Source of the DNA: a candidate division WWE3 bacterium RAAC2_WWE3_1 | GTDB lineage: Bacteria; Patescibacteriota; WWE3; UBA101185; UBA10185 | DNA: 64,000 nucleotides | Direction of reading: 5' to 3' | Assembly: GCA_000503835.1 (NCBI GenBank) | Contig: CP006914.1 | Location: 379,909 to 443,908, forward strand | Part shown: piece after piece, positions 16,224 through 26,333 of the stretch | Position numbering within the stretch: the first letter of the stretch is position 1 | Layout of the letters: every line of letters starts with the position of its first letter | Program-made: the position numbers and the translations under genes | The notes under the pieces: generated by a model | Told to the model about the DNA's origin: nothing | The model's database searches: none | What the model saw: only the letters and a program-made list of their open reading frames with translations

Positions 16224-17498
16224 ATGAGATCTGCCACAAAACTTCCATCCATTTTAAAAAGCCCGGGATTGCCAAAAGCCGTCGTCAGCCCTTTCAACTC
16301 CTTCGCCATCTTAATAATGTTTATAACACTGGGTGATGCACTTATGGCGTACACAGTGCCGATATACTTAGACAGTGTCCTGCATAATACGTTTCTTATG
16401 GGATTAGTTATGGCTACGTCTTCCGCAGCCGGCCTACTGTTCGACTTTATAGTGAGCAAGAAATTCCGCACCAAAAATTACAAGTACTTTATGCACACCA
16501 CTTTTATTTTCGCCATATTATTTCCTGTGGCACTATTATTTTTCCCCCCGCACTTGGTATTTATTGTCATCGCTATGGCTCTTTGGGGAATATATTTCGA
16601 AACCAAGATATATGCCGAGTTTCATTTTATCGACCGACACGTACCTAAAGACGAGTACTCAAAATCGTGGGGACTAGTCAGCGTCCTTAATTCCTCGGCC
16701 TACTTTTTCGGATCATTAATTGCTACGTTAATAATCAGCATTTCGCTGAAATTCACATTCGCGACGGCACTTATACTATTCGGGTTGACTTACCTAATTT
16801 TTTCATTGCTGGCGATCAAAACAGAGTCTAATAAACCGGAAAACTTTGAAGAATCCTCCGGAATAACAAATTTATCTTTTAGACAGACGTTCCGGGTCTG
16901 GAGAACACTCCTAGGAAAAATTTGGCCGTTATGGACATTTAATTTTGTCATCACTTTAGTCGACGCCGCATTTTGGACCGTAGGTATAATTTTTTCCGAG
17001 CAAATGCGTGGCACCCATCCTGCAGGTGGTTTGATAATCACAGCCTACATGTTCCCACCTATTTTTATGGGATTCCTCTTGCCTAAAATAACGGCCAGAC
17101 TGGGTAAGAAAAAAACAGCTTTTATAAGCGCGCTCTTTGCTGCCACTTTTGTGCTGCTTTTTGGATTGGCTTCAAACGTCTACCTGCTTATCTTTCTGGT
17201 TTTTTCAGGGTCGGTTCTTCTTTCTATTGCAAACCCTGCCCTATACGCCGCCTACGAAGATTATGTTTCAAGACTGGGTAAATTTAATAACGACATGATA
17301 GGGCTGGAACAAACAGCGAGTAGTGTGGGTTACGTGGTCGGGCCGCTATTAGCCGGAGGGATTGCAGCAACGGCAGGTGTTCAGAATACTTTTGTTTTTA
17401 CCGGAGCGCTGCTGTTGGTAACCTCTTTGGTGTGCCTAGCCGTAGTCCCCAGAAAAATTAGAATGCCTCAGAAAGAGCTTGTCTCGGATTTGTATTAA
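16224..17498 (+). CDS. MFS transporter
   Basis: 424 aa, ~12 predicted TM helices in 6+6 arrangement with central loop (ESNKPENFEESSG). Confidence 0.75.
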   Translation: MRSATKLPSILKSPGLPKAVVSPFNSFAILIMFITLGDALMAYTVPIYLDSVLHNTFLMGLVMATSSAAGLLFDFIVSKKFRTKNYKYFMHTTFIFAILFPVALLFFPPHLVFIVIAMALWGIYFETKIYAEFHFIDRHVPKDEYSKSWGLVSVLNSSAYFFGSLIATLIISISLKFTFATALILFGLTYLIFSLLAIKTESNKPENFEESSGITNLSFRQTFRVWRTLLGKIWPLWTFNFVITLVDAAFWTVGIIFSEQMRGTHPAGGLIITAYMFPPIFMGFLLPKITARLGKKKTAFISALFAATFVLLFGLASNVYLLIFLVFSGSVLLSIANPALYAAYEDYVSRLGKFNNDMIGLEQTASSVGYVVGPLLAGGIAATAGVQNTFVFTGALLLVTSLVCLAVVPRKIRMPQKELVSDLY

Positions 17499-17584
17499 TA
17501 TATTTGACTGAAATACTAAAAATTCGTAGAATTCCATTGCACATTGATAACCTATAGAACACACATGAGAACACGGAGGACGAA

Positions 17585-18340
17585 ATGGATAACAAACCCG
17601 CAAAGCGCACCTCGACAACGGTTATTACCACTGGCAAAGGACAGAACAAGTCAATCGTTGCAAGTAAGCCGGTAATTACCAGTCAAACTGCTAAAATCGC
17701 CGGCGGTAACCAGGTAGACATTGTCTTTGTCTTTGACACCACTGGATCTATGGATGACGAAATTGACGGGCTGCTCTCGACCTGTACCCAATTCGTGAGC
17801 GAAACCCAAAGTATGGGATTGGACGCAAATTTTGAGCTTATCTCGTTTGGTGACATTTCGGTACCCGGAGGCGGCGACAAGATTGAAGTGGTAACCCCTC
17901 TTACGGGAGAAATTGAACGCATCAAATTCGGGTTAAGCCACATCCCGCGAAACAACGGGTTCGGCAATGTCGGGGAAACTTGTCTAGAAGCAATTCAAGA
18001 AGCCTTCAGGACACAATACCGACCAAAATCGGTAAAGGTGTTGATTTTGATTACCGACGAACCGGCCATCACCGAACGTTTCACTCCTGAACAAATCATC
18101 AGGGAACTCAAGCATCGGGAGTATCTGACTTTCGTTATAGCCATCGACACTCCGTACTACAGAGACATGGCCTTGAATAACGGAGGTATTTGGAAACAAA
18201 TAAGCTCCGACACCGACCTTTCCGAGATACTCAGGATATTCAACGAGATAGCAAAGAAGGTCTCCGTGGTAACAAAGCAAGTTCACCTTCTTGGAGGAAG
18301 TGTGAGCAAATACCTGGCACTCAATCCGCCAAAGCGCTGA
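17585..18340 (+). CDS. von Willebrand factor A (vWA) domain protein
   Basis: MIDAS motif DIVFVFDTTGSMDDE (DxTxS) plus downstream Thr/Asp ligand regions (LITDEP). Confidence 0.8.
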   Translation: MDNKPAKRTSTTVITTGKGQNKSIVASKPVITSQTAKIAGGNQVDIVFVFDTTGSMDDEIDGLLSTCTQFVSETQSMGLDANFELISFGDISVPGGGDKIEVVTPLTGEIERIKFGLSHIPRNNGFGNVGETCLEAIQEAFRTQYRPKSVKVLILITDEPAITERFTPEQIIRELKHREYLTFVIAIDTPYYRDMALNNGGIWKQISSDTDLSEILRIFNEIAKKVSVVTKQVHLLGGSVSKYLALNPPKR

Positions 18341-18425
18341 TTAAAAGGGGAGTGGGATTTTGAAACTCCCACTCTCAAATTCATGACTCGATTATTTTCA
18401 TGGCCGTATTCCTTAGGAGGAGAAC

Positions 18426-19226
18426 ATGCCCACAGACAGCTCTGACTACTATGCCATTCTTGGTGTAGCGAAGAACGCACCCCTTGACGAGATTAAGGCC
18501 CAATACAAAAAGCTGGTAAAGGAAAACCACCCTGATCAGTACAACGGCCTCAAGTCCAGGTATGAGCAAAATGGAGACAACGCTCTCTTAAAGCTTATAA
18601 AGGAAAAAATCCTGGAATCAGAGAGGTTTTGTAAACTCCTCAATGAGGCCTTCGGCATGCTATCGGATCCTGTTAAGAGGAAGCAGTACGATGCACATAT
18701 TTTTGAACCCGTAATTGAGGCACCAAGGGTAATCGTATTTCCGAGACGACTTTCATTCGGAAATTTGCTGGAAGGTCAAAAAAAATCTTCTTTCTTTACA
18801 ATCAAAAATGAGGAAGGTCGTGCAGCATCCATCGATATTAATTGGGAAGGGGAAAAACCCGATTGGGGTGATCTAGTCGTCGAGCCAGATGAGAGCGCTA
18901 CATTTCCCATCAAAATTACAGTGGCTGTCAACACTACAGGAATCCCATCCGGTCAGAAAAGCGACAGGGTAGTGGTCATCGTAGACGGCGTAACGTTTGG
19001 GGTTGAGGTACTATTGAACGTTGAGAAAAGAGTGGAACTGCGTACAACACCCCCAACATACAGACCTTCCATAGCCACGCCTGCTGCAAGTACATTGGGG
19101 TCTATGACAACGCCAAGGAAACCCTCGAGATGGGTGATACCACTTATCCTCCTTCTGATAATGATTTGTGGCGGAGCGCTTATTGCTGATGTGCAGAACG
19201 GAATTGTCCTCCTAACCAACTGGTAA
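18426..19226 (+). CDS. J-domain (DnaJ-like) protein with C-terminal membrane anchor
   Basis: N-terminal J-domain DYYAILGVAKNAPLDEIKAQYKKLVKENHPDQ with HPD tripeptide; C-terminal TM WVIPLILLLIMICGGALIA; no Zn-finger/CTD of canonical DnaJ. Confidence 0.75.
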   Translation: MPTDSSDYYAILGVAKNAPLDEIKAQYKKLVKENHPDQYNGLKSRYEQNGDNALLKLIKEKILESERFCKLLNEAFGMLSDPVKRKQYDAHIFEPVIEAPRVIVFPRRLSFGNLLEGQKKSSFFTIKNEEGRAASIDINWEGEKPDWGDLVVEPDESATFPIKITVAVNTTGIPSGQKSDRVVVIVDGVTFGVEVLLNVEKRVELRTTPPTYRPSIATPAASTLGSMTTPRKPSRWVIPLILLLIMICGGALIADVQNGIVLLTNW

Positions 19227-19324
19227 CAACGGGTGACTCGGTTGGATTTATCCAATTCACAATCCAAAACCAGACGGGTATACCGAAAGCCACACACAGT
19301 ATTGCGGAAGGAGGTTAAACCATA

Positions 19325-19366
19325 CCCCCGAAATTTTTTAACCATGAAAATTTCGGGGGATTTTTT
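19325..19366 (+). terminator. Rho-independent terminator (13-bp perfect stem + T6)
   Basis: CCCCCGAAATTTT-ttaaccatg-AAAATTTCGGGGG followed by ATTTTTT, ~100 nt downstream of the J-domain gene. Confidence 0.7.
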
Positions 19367-19531
19367 ATCACCCAGCAATTCCTGACCATCGGTAATCCCT
19401 CATACCCTAAATATTTTACTGACTACATCTGTGATGTGCCTTTTGGTAGTACCCTAAAAGAACTTACGAACTTACTTTTCTAACAAAAACCCTAGCATTC
19501 CAACCCCCTAATGTGCTAATATACTCAGGTC

Positions 19532-20431
19532 ATGCAAACAAAAATCGAAAAACTACCAAAGTCCACTATAAAAATTACCGTAACTGTTGACAATGACACC
19601 GTTAAAAAGGCGTACGAAAAAACTCTGGATAACGCCGTAAAAACAACAACCGTCGAGGGTTTTAGACCCGGAACAGCACCCAAAGACATGGTAAAAGAGA
19701 AGATAGGCCAGTCAAAACTCTATGGCGACACCATAAACGACATACTGGAGACTTACTACCCCCAGGCCCTGAAAGAGAATTTAATTAATCCTGTCTCCAA
19801 CCCGAAAGTTGAAATAAAAGAACTTGACCTCGAAAAAGACCTCGAATTTACCGCTACAGTGGCCGTCCGACCCGAAATGAAAATAGGGGAGTACAAGAAA
19901 AAACTTAAAGAAAAATTCGACCAGAAATGGGACGCCGCAGTAAAAGAATCGGAAAAGGCCAAAGCCGAAGGAAAAGAAGCTCACGAGCCTCATGTTCACA
20001 TGACAACAAACGATGTGCTGGAAACGTTGATGGCCGTAACCGACACCGAGATTTCCGAGATACTTCTGGAAGATGAAACCGATAGATTACTATCAAGATT
20101 TATGGATCAGGCACAATCAATCGGCCTGTCAGTTGAGCAGTATCTTAAATCCCAGAACAAAACAGGGGAACAGTTGAGAAGTGAGTACACAAAGATTGCC
20201 GAAAACAACATTAAAGCTGAATTCGTCCTCTCGGAATTAATAAAAATGGAAAACGTCGAGGTTTCGGATGAGGAAGTAGAAGATATGATAAAAGCAGCGG
20301 GAGATCCAAAACTGGTAAAAGCCGAGGATCCGATGCAGCGACTTTACATTAAGAGCATTTTGCAGAAAAATAAGCTTATTAGTAAGTTGGTTGAAGAAGC
20401 CGAAGGAAATAAACACCATGAGCATAAATAA
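19532..20431 (+). CDS. tig: Trigger factor (short form, ribosome-binding N-domain + C-domain; PPIase domain apparently absent/reduced)
   Basis: TF signature GFRPGTAPK in N-domain; 299 aa vs ~430 aa typical; immediately upstream of clpP (canonical tig-clpP synteny). Confidence 0.75.
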   Translation: MQTKIEKLPKSTIKITVTVDNDTVKKAYEKTLDNAVKTTTVEGFRPGTAPKDMVKEKIGQSKLYGDTINDILETYYPQALKENLINPVSNPKVEIKELDLEKDLEFTATVAVRPEMKIGEYKKKLKEKFDQKWDAAVKESEKAKAEGKEAHEPHVHMTTNDVLETLMAVTDTEISEILLEDETDRLLSRFMDQAQSIGLSVEQYLKSQNKTGEQLRSEYTKIAENNIKAEFVLSELIKMENVEVSDEEVEDMIKAAGDPKLVKAEDPMQRLYIKSILQKNKLISKLVEEAEGNKHHEHK

Positions 20432-21029
20432 TAATACTTTGGTTCCTATAGTTGTAGAAAAAGAACCGAACGGAATGGAACGTTCGTACGATATCTATTC
20501 CCGCTTATTGAAGGACTTTATCGTCTTTGTAACAGGCGCCATAGATATGGGAGTAGCCAACACTTTTATTGCCCAGCTCCTGTTCCTGGAAAATCAGGAC
20601 CCCGACAGAGACATAAAAATATACATTAATAGCCCGGGAGGAGAAGTCTACGCCGGAATCGCTATGTACGACACAATAAAACACGTTAAAAACGACATCG
20701 TTACTATCAATGTCGGTCTTTCCGCCAGCGCCGCATCTTTATTGCTGGTCAGCGGAACAAAAGGAAAAAGGTACGCCTTGCCTAATACCTACTCCATGAT
20801 TCACCAGCCCATTATTTCAGGAGGTATGCAGGGTCAAACTACCGACATCGAGATAGAGGCTAAACACATGGTAGAGCTGAAGCACAAATTAGCTCAGATT
20901 ACGGCAGATAACGTAGGAAAACCTCTCGACGACGTACTGAAGGACATGGAAAGAGATTACTGGATGGGAGCAGATGAGACCTTGAAATACGGCTTGATTG
21001 ATAAGATAATGCAGCCTAAGAAGAAATAA
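20418..21029 (+). CDS. clpP: ATP-dependent Clp protease proteolytic subunit
   Basis: Catalytic triad context GLSASAAS (Ser), MIHQP (His), conserved ClpP core; start taken at ATG with GAAGGAAAT SD, overlapping tig end. Confidence 0.9.
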   Translation: MSINNNTLVPIVVEKEPNGMERSYDIYSRLLKDFIVFVTGAIDMGVANTFIAQLLFLENQDPDRDIKIYINSPGGEVYAGIAMYDTIKHVKNDIVTINVGLSASAASLLLVSGTKGKRYALPNTYSMIHQPIISGGMQGQTTDIEIEAKHMVELKHKLAQITADNVGKPLDDVLKDMERDYWMGADETLKYGLIDKIMQPKKK

Positions 21030-21070
21030 TGGGTTTCTCAGGAGGAAGTAACTCCTTTTCTTAGCGATAT

Positions 21071-21147
21071 GGGCGGTTAGCTCAGCTGGTTAGAGCGCCA
21101 CATTGACATTGTGGAGGTCATTGGTTCGAGTCCATTACCGCCCACCA
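21071..21147 (+). tRNA. tRNA-Val (anticodon GAC), CCA encoded
   Basis: Acceptor GGGCGGT/ACCGCCC, D-arm GCTCAGCTGGTTAGAGC, anticodon loop TTGACAT, T-loop TTCGAGT. Confidence 0.85.
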
Positions 21148-21169
21148 GTAAAAAACAAACTTACTCAAA

Positions 21170-21583
21170 ATGCAGGAAGATTTTTCTAACAATCTAGTTA
21201 AAACATATAAGTATTGGGATGTTTACGTTCACCAAAATCAGGGCTATTTGGGACGATGCGTCATCTGGTGCAAACGGGAAAACTCTTTGGATTTAACTGA
21301 CGCGACACCTCCCGAACAAAAAGAACTTTATATAATTCTAAATAAGCTCAAAAAAGCTTCAACCAAAGTTTTTAAGCCGGATTGGTTCAATTACTCATTC
21401 CTTGGTAACGAGACACGCCATCTGCACGGACATTTTATTCCCCGTTACTCAGAACCAAAAACATTTATGGGCGTCGTGTTTGAAGACAAATTGTACGGAC
21501 ATAATTACAAAACCGACTATAATTTTAAAACCTCACGCGAAGTGCTAATCGGAATAAGAGATGGTTTGAAATCAGCTTTATAG
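21170..21583 (+). CDS. HIT (histidine triad) family protein
   Basis: HxHxHxx motif RHLHGHFIPR near C-terminus. Confidence 0.7.
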   Translation: MQEDFSNNLVKTYKYWDVYVHQNQGYLGRCVIWCKRENSLDLTDATPPEQKELYIILNKLKKASTKVFKPDWFNYSFLGNETRHLHGHFIPRYSEPKTFMGVVFEDKLYGHNYKTDYNFKTSREVLIGIRDGLKSAL

Positions 21584-21606
21584 ATAACAGGAACAAACCT
21601 AAGACA

Positions 21607-24126
21607 CTACCCATTAGTTCTCGTAAAATATGCCTTCTTAACAACTTCGGATACTACAAAATAGGCTACGACCAACACACCCACGACTGCCAAGTTGTAA
21701 TAAGTGGGGGCAACAAAGTTAAACGATACCTGCCCTAAGATAGAGAAGGGTAGTGCTACTGTAACTACCACAGCAGTGATAGACAACAACACGAGTCCGG
21801 CAGATGCTGCCTTGGCTTTAAAGAACCATCCCTTTGTCCTAATCGAATAAATAAATGCCAGCTCAGTAAGAACTGAGGCAATAAACCAGTACGTCTGCAA
21901 AGTGCGCTCGCCTTTCCCAAAAAATAAGCCGAATACGGTTAGGTCGAACACGGTGCTCACCAAACCCAGCAAACTTGCAAGAACCGCAAACTGTTTCAAA
22001 TTAAATTTGGACGGTTTAGTCAACTCATTAGAATCCACAGTATCGCCTGAAATAGCGATCATCGGAAAATCGCTCAACAAATTAAGAAGCAGGAGTTGGA
22101 CGGGCAGCATCGGTAGAAAATCGATAAACAAAGTAGAAATAGCCACGGCATAAAAATTTCCGAAATTAGATGCTAACGTTGCGCGAATATATTTAGAAAC
22201 ATTCGCAAATACTTTGCGACCCTCGTGCACACCGTCTACTAAAACTTCCAAGCCTTTGTTCAGCAAAATAATGTCGGCAGATTCACGGGCAATGTCGCTG
22301 GCGTCTTTAACAACTATCCCGACGTTCGCGGCTTTCAATGCGGGAGCATCGTTTATCCCTTCACCCAAATACCCGACGGAATAAAAATTTTTTAAGGTAT
22401 TAATAATTTTATGTTTTTGCTCAGGCGAAACTCTGGCGAATACTTTATATTTTAAACACGCTTCGGCCAGGTCATTTGCAGATAAACCTTCCAGTTCCGT
22501 ACCTGTTATAACATCTTCCGGGGAGCGGGTTAATCCTGCTGAGTAAGCTACGGCTCCTGCAATTTCACGGCTGTCACCGGTCAATATTTTAATTTCGACC
22601 CCGAGCTTTTGTGCCTTTCGTACCGCCGCGACAGTAGTCTTTTTCAGAGGGTCGCTAAAAGAAATTAGACCGATGATTTCGAGCCCTGTTTCTTCAAAAC
22701 GCGGTTTATAATCCGAAGGCTTTTTCAATTTCTTCGCCGCAACGGCCAACACGCGCTCTCCCAATCTTCCTCTTACAGCTACCCATTTTAAAATTTTCTC
22801 CCGATCGTCTGCACCAATAGGCGCGTAATTAATTAAAATCTCAGGCGCCCCCCTTACAATTAATTCGTAACTTCCGCCCAGTTGAACAAGTACGCTATTT
22901 CTACGTCGGTCGGGGTCGAACGGAAGTTCTAATATCTTTGGAACTTTCTTCATAAGCTCCCGAGCTTTATCAGTAAGTTTCATGTGAATTGCCATGTCGA
23001 AAGAATTGTTTGCATTTTTCTTGTCTATAATATCGGAACTGCAAATTCCTCCGTAAAAAAGTGTTTTACCCATATCCGCTGACAACACTTCGCGCACTTC
23101 TAATTTGTTTTCCGTTAAAGTGCCGGTTTTGTCGGAACACAGAACTTCAATCGAACCAAGGTCTTCAATCGAAGCCAATCTTTTCACAACAACTTGCTTT
23201 TTAGCCAAATTCAGCGCACCGGTAGATAACGCAAATGTTGCTACTACAGGCAAAGCCTCCGGAATAACTGACACCGCTAACGCAATAGAAAATAGAGTAA
23301 GTTTTATTAAATCGGTTCCGCCCGGTTTTACAAAAATATTCAGTATAAAAACAAGGAGTAGGGTAGAGAAGACCAATTTTAAAATGAACCCGCTCAGTTT
23401 TCTTAATTCTTTTTCAAAAGCTCCCTCTCTTACGGTGTTTATTGCTAGTTCGGAAATCCTGCCGATTTGAGTTTCTTTTCCTACAGCAATAACGACTCCA
23501 CGCGCCTGTCCGGAAACAACGTGCGTTCCCGAAAAGAGTATGTTTTCCGCGAGAAATATGTGTCCGACATTTTTTTTCAAAGCTGCGGTACGTTTTCTAA
23601 CACTGACAGACTCGCCACTCAAAGCAGACTCGTCGACAGCAAAGTCATTAAGTGAAACAAGACGCACGTCCGCTGGGACAACATCTCCCGCTTCTAATAC
23701 TACGAGGTCCCCAACTACCAGCTCCTTAGTGTCCAGAGTTTTTATTATTCCTCCCCTTATGACGTGGGACTCAGCCGCAACAAACTTTCTCAGGAGCTGA
23801 ATTGTTTTTTCACTCCTGTACTCATGAAAAAACCCCAACCCACAGTTTATGACCACAAATATAATAATGAAGAAAGCATCGGTTCTTTCACCCAGCACGA
23901 GCGATATCAACGCGGCAAATAATAATAAATATATGAAGGACGATTGAACTTGTTTAAGAAGTATCCGAACCCAAGAAACCGTATTTTCACGGAGAGTGTT
24001 CGCACCGTACTTGGATAAATTAAAGCTAACCTGCTTTTGAGTTAAACCTCTCGTAACATCGCATCCCAATAGGGACACGGTCTTTTCAGGCGTAAGGGCA
24101 GTGAACTTGGAAAAGCGCATATACAT
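21607..24126 (-). CDS. P-type cation-transporting ATPase (P2/P3-type; Mg2+/Ca2+-like)
   Basis: Phosphorylation motif CSDKTGTLT, hinge GEGINDAPALKAANVGI, TGD/…KILTGD, ~10 TM helices. Confidence 0.9.
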   Translation of the reverse strand: MYMRFSKFTALTPEKTVSLLGCDVTRGLTQKQVSFNLSKYGANTLRENTVSWVRILLKQVQSSFIYLLLFAALISLVLGERTDAFFIIIFVVINCGLGFFHEYRSEKTIQLLRKFVAAESHVIRGGIIKTLDTKELVVGDLVVLEAGDVVPADVRLVSLNDFAVDESALSGESVSVRKRTAALKKNVGHIFLAENILFSGTHVVSGQARGVVIAVGKETQIGRISELAINTVREGAFEKELRKLSGFILKLVFSTLLLVFILNIFVKPGGTDLIKLTLFSIALAVSVIPEALPVVATFALSTGALNLAKKQVVVKRLASIEDLGSIEVLCSDKTGTLTENKLEVREVLSADMGKTLFYGGICSSDIIDKKNANNSFDMAIHMKLTDKARELMKKVPKILELPFDPDRRRNSVLVQLGGSYELIVRGAPEILINYAPIGADDREKILKWVAVRGRLGERVLAVAAKKLKKPSDYKPRFEETGLEIIGLISFSDPLKKTTVAAVRKAQKLGVEIKILTGDSREIAGAVAYSAGLTRSPEDVITGTELEGLSANDLAEACLKYKVFARVSPEQKHKIINTLKNFYSVGYLGEGINDAPALKAANVGIVVKDASDIARESADIILLNKGLEVLVDGVHEGRKVFANVSKYIRATLASNFGNFYAVAISTLFIDFLPMLPVQLLLLNLLSDFPMIAISGDTVDSNELTKPSKFNLKQFAVLASLLGLVSTVFDLTVFGLFFGKGERTLQTYWFIASVLTELAFIYSIRTKGWFFKAKAASAGLVLLSITAVVVTVALPFSILGQVSFNFVAPTYYNLAVVGVLVVAYFVVSEVVKKAYFTRTNG

Positions 24127-24226
24127 ATATTACTTTGGACTTTGTCTTTCCTCAATCACATTCCGGAACTTGAACAATCTGTCTGTTAGCTTTAAAGTGT
24201 ATGTGTATAAATTTCCGGAGGAATAT

Positions 24227-24604
24227 ATGGCAAAATTTGTAGCTAACATAATGAACGAAACAATGAGTAATGAAAATTTCCGAAAAGTTCTCGCGACAAA
24301 TAAATTTAGTCAGTTGGTCGTGATGGCACTGCAGCCGGGGGAAAATATCGGAATGGAAGTGCACACTGATGTAGATCAGTTTATTAGAATAGAACAGGGC
24401 ACCGGACAGGCAATACTCGACGGAGAAGTTTCCAACATTTCCGATGATTTTGCAGTTGTAATTCCTGCAGGAACAGAGCACGACATTATAAATACTTCCG
24501 ACACCAAACTAATGAAACTTTACACGATTTACAGTCCTGCTGAACACCCTGATGGTGTTGTTTTCCGAACTAAAGCAGAAGCCGAAGCAGCTCATCACGC
24601 GTAA
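24227..24604 (+). CDS. Cupin-domain protein
   Basis: Cupin motifs G(X)5HXH-like (GMEVHTDVDQF) and PAGTEHDIIN; GGAGGAA SD 5 nt upstream of internal ATG chosen as start. Confidence 0.65.
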   Translation: MAKFVANIMNETMSNENFRKVLATNKFSQLVVMALQPGENIGMEVHTDVDQFIRIEQGTGQAILDGEVSNISDDFAVVIPAGTEHDIINTSDTKLMKLYTIYSPAEHPDGVVFRTKAEAEAAHHA

Positions 24605-24683
24605 GATCGGGGTTGCGGCAAAAATATAAACTGTCCCTTCAATATTTTGATACATATGACATTTCTATGTATCATTAAAAGGT

Positions 24684-25571
24684 ATGAAATCTGCATGGTA
24701 TTACGTAAAGCTCGGGGTATTGATGGTAGTGCTGTTCTCCGAGACTTTTTTACTCACTACGATTATCAACATTTTTGTAAGTAGGGGGGATTTTTTTAAT
24801 ATAAACATCCCCTTCAGTCTGCAGGTTGTCGGCCTGATGACTGCTATTATTCTAACGTTCGCTCTTACCGTCGGAGCCTGGGATGTTTGGTACTTCAACA
24901 TTCTGACGCCGCTCGCGATTGCCGCGGGTATTATGGTTCCGCTTTTATCTGCCAACACCACCTATGCTTTAATTGCTGCGGGGGTAGCATTTATTATAAT
25001 GGCTGCCGAATCTTTTAGAAGCTACAAAATAAAAGCTTTGCTAATCAAGTTTGATTCGCTACTTGTATTAAGATTTGCAGTCAAGGGCATCTTGCTCGTT
25101 TTCAGCATACTGGCGGGTCTCATAATTATCCTGGATGCCAGCAATGTTAAAGAAATAGATTTCGGAAAATTAATTGCCGAAGTCGCAGAAAAACCGATAA
25201 AAAGCACGGTTAACTCGCAGCTACAGCAAACAATCGAGAGGCAAACCATTTACTCCGGTTACTCCGCGGAGGAAGTTCAAAAACTACTTGATGAGTATGG
25301 AATAGAAACGGGCACAGGAACAGAGTTAATTACAAACGACCTGGATATCAAATCCATGATACAAACTCAGGTTAATGACTTGATTGCCCCCTACAAAGAA
25401 CTTGTTAGGCCATTGATAGCGGTACTGGTTTTCGGATTATTCCAGCTTTACGCAACGGTAAGTTACGCCATTTACAGCTTACTTGTAGGATTATTCATAG
25501 CGGCAGCGAAAAAAACCGGCTTGTTGAAAACCGTTACTACAACTGTTGAGAAACAAGATCTTCAATTTTAA
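24684..25571 (+). CDS. Hypothetical integral membrane protein
   Basis: 295 aa with ≥6 hydrophobic helices; no motif. Confidence 0.5.
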   Translation: MKSAWYYVKLGVLMVVLFSETFLLTTIINIFVSRGDFFNINIPFSLQVVGLMTAIILTFALTVGAWDVWYFNILTPLAIAAGIMVPLLSANTTYALIAAGVAFIIMAAESFRSYKIKALLIKFDSLLVLRFAVKGILLVFSILAGLIIILDASNVKEIDFGKLIAEVAEKPIKSTVNSQLQQTIERQTIYSGYSAEEVQKLLDEYGIETGTGTELITNDLDIKSMIQTQVNDLIAPYKELVRPLIAVLVFGLFQLYATVSYAIYSLLVGLFIAAAKKTGLLKTVTTTVEKQDLQF

Positions 25572-26232
25572 CTGAATCTTCGACTCTATATTGACCAATC
25601 GCACTTCTGATGAGTGATTTTAGTACGCCTCCCGTCTTCAATTTTTCACCGAGCTCGTGTGCCAGCGACCGGACAAATGTACCTGACGAGCATCTGATTT
25701 TCATTGTCACTGCGGGCAAAGAAATTAATCCGGCGTCGGTCTCCAGTTCTTTTGACCCCATTTCAAGTATGTCTATAGACCGGATGGTTACTTTTTTAGT
25801 CTGTCTCGGGACTTCCACGCCTTTACGTGCCAGCTTATACATTTCTTTTCCCTGAATTTTCTTAGCAGAGTATGGAGGTACAGATTGTTCAATCTCACCC
25901 GTAAACATGGGCAGTATTTCTCTTAATTTTTCGAACAGCTCTTCACTTTTAGGTTCGGTATTCAGATGCGGCAATATTTCCAGATCGTAGGTGGGAGTTT
26001 CAGCACCGAACGCAATTTCGGCAATATACTCTTTTTCCATCTCCATAAACTTGGCCTGTTTTTGGGTGTCGTCATTAGTTAGGACTATGAGTACGCCTTC
26101 GGCCATGGGGTCGAGCGTGCCCGCGTGGCCGGCCTTCTTAAGCCTGAGAACACCTCTGGCTTTAGCTACAACGTCAAAGCTCGTCCAATTCTTAGGTTTA
26201 TAAATGTTTATAATCATCTGCGTCCCGTTCAT
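25537..26232 (-). CDS. truB: tRNA pseudouridine(55) synthase
   Basis: TruB motif KAGHAGTLDPMAEGVLIV with catalytic Asp; start ambiguous (ATG at 26232 or 26217; ORF finder used TTG at 26259). Confidence 0.85.
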   Translation of the reverse strand: MNGTQMIINIYKPKNWTSFDVVAKARGVLRLKKAGHAGTLDPMAEGVLIVLTNDDTQKQAKFMEMEKEYIAEIAFGAETPTYDLEILPHLNTEPKSEELFEKLREILPMFTGEIEQSVPPYSAKKIQGKEMYKLARKGVEVPRQTKKVTIRSIDILEMGSKELETDAGLISLPAVTMKIRCSSGTFVRSLAHELGEKLKTGGVLKSLIRSAIGQYRVEDSVKIEDLVSQQL

Positions 26233-26333
26233 CTTTATACCACGACCGGGCTTTTGCAAGTAAGTCCAACCGCCAAACCATATATTTTTTGCTAAGATGT
26301 CTTATAATAGATTAATTGCTATAGGAGCAAGGT

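Noticed and set aside
23105-23800. Plus-strand ORFs (121, 62, 86 aa) inside the P-type ATPase gene
   Set aside because: Antisense to a gene with unambiguous P-type ATPase motifs.
24630-24690. Inverted repeat GATACATA-N10-ATGTATC upstream of the 24684 membrane-protein gene as an operator
   Set aside because: Short (7 bp) AT-rich palindrome in an AT-rich spacer; plausible by chance, no supporting evidence.
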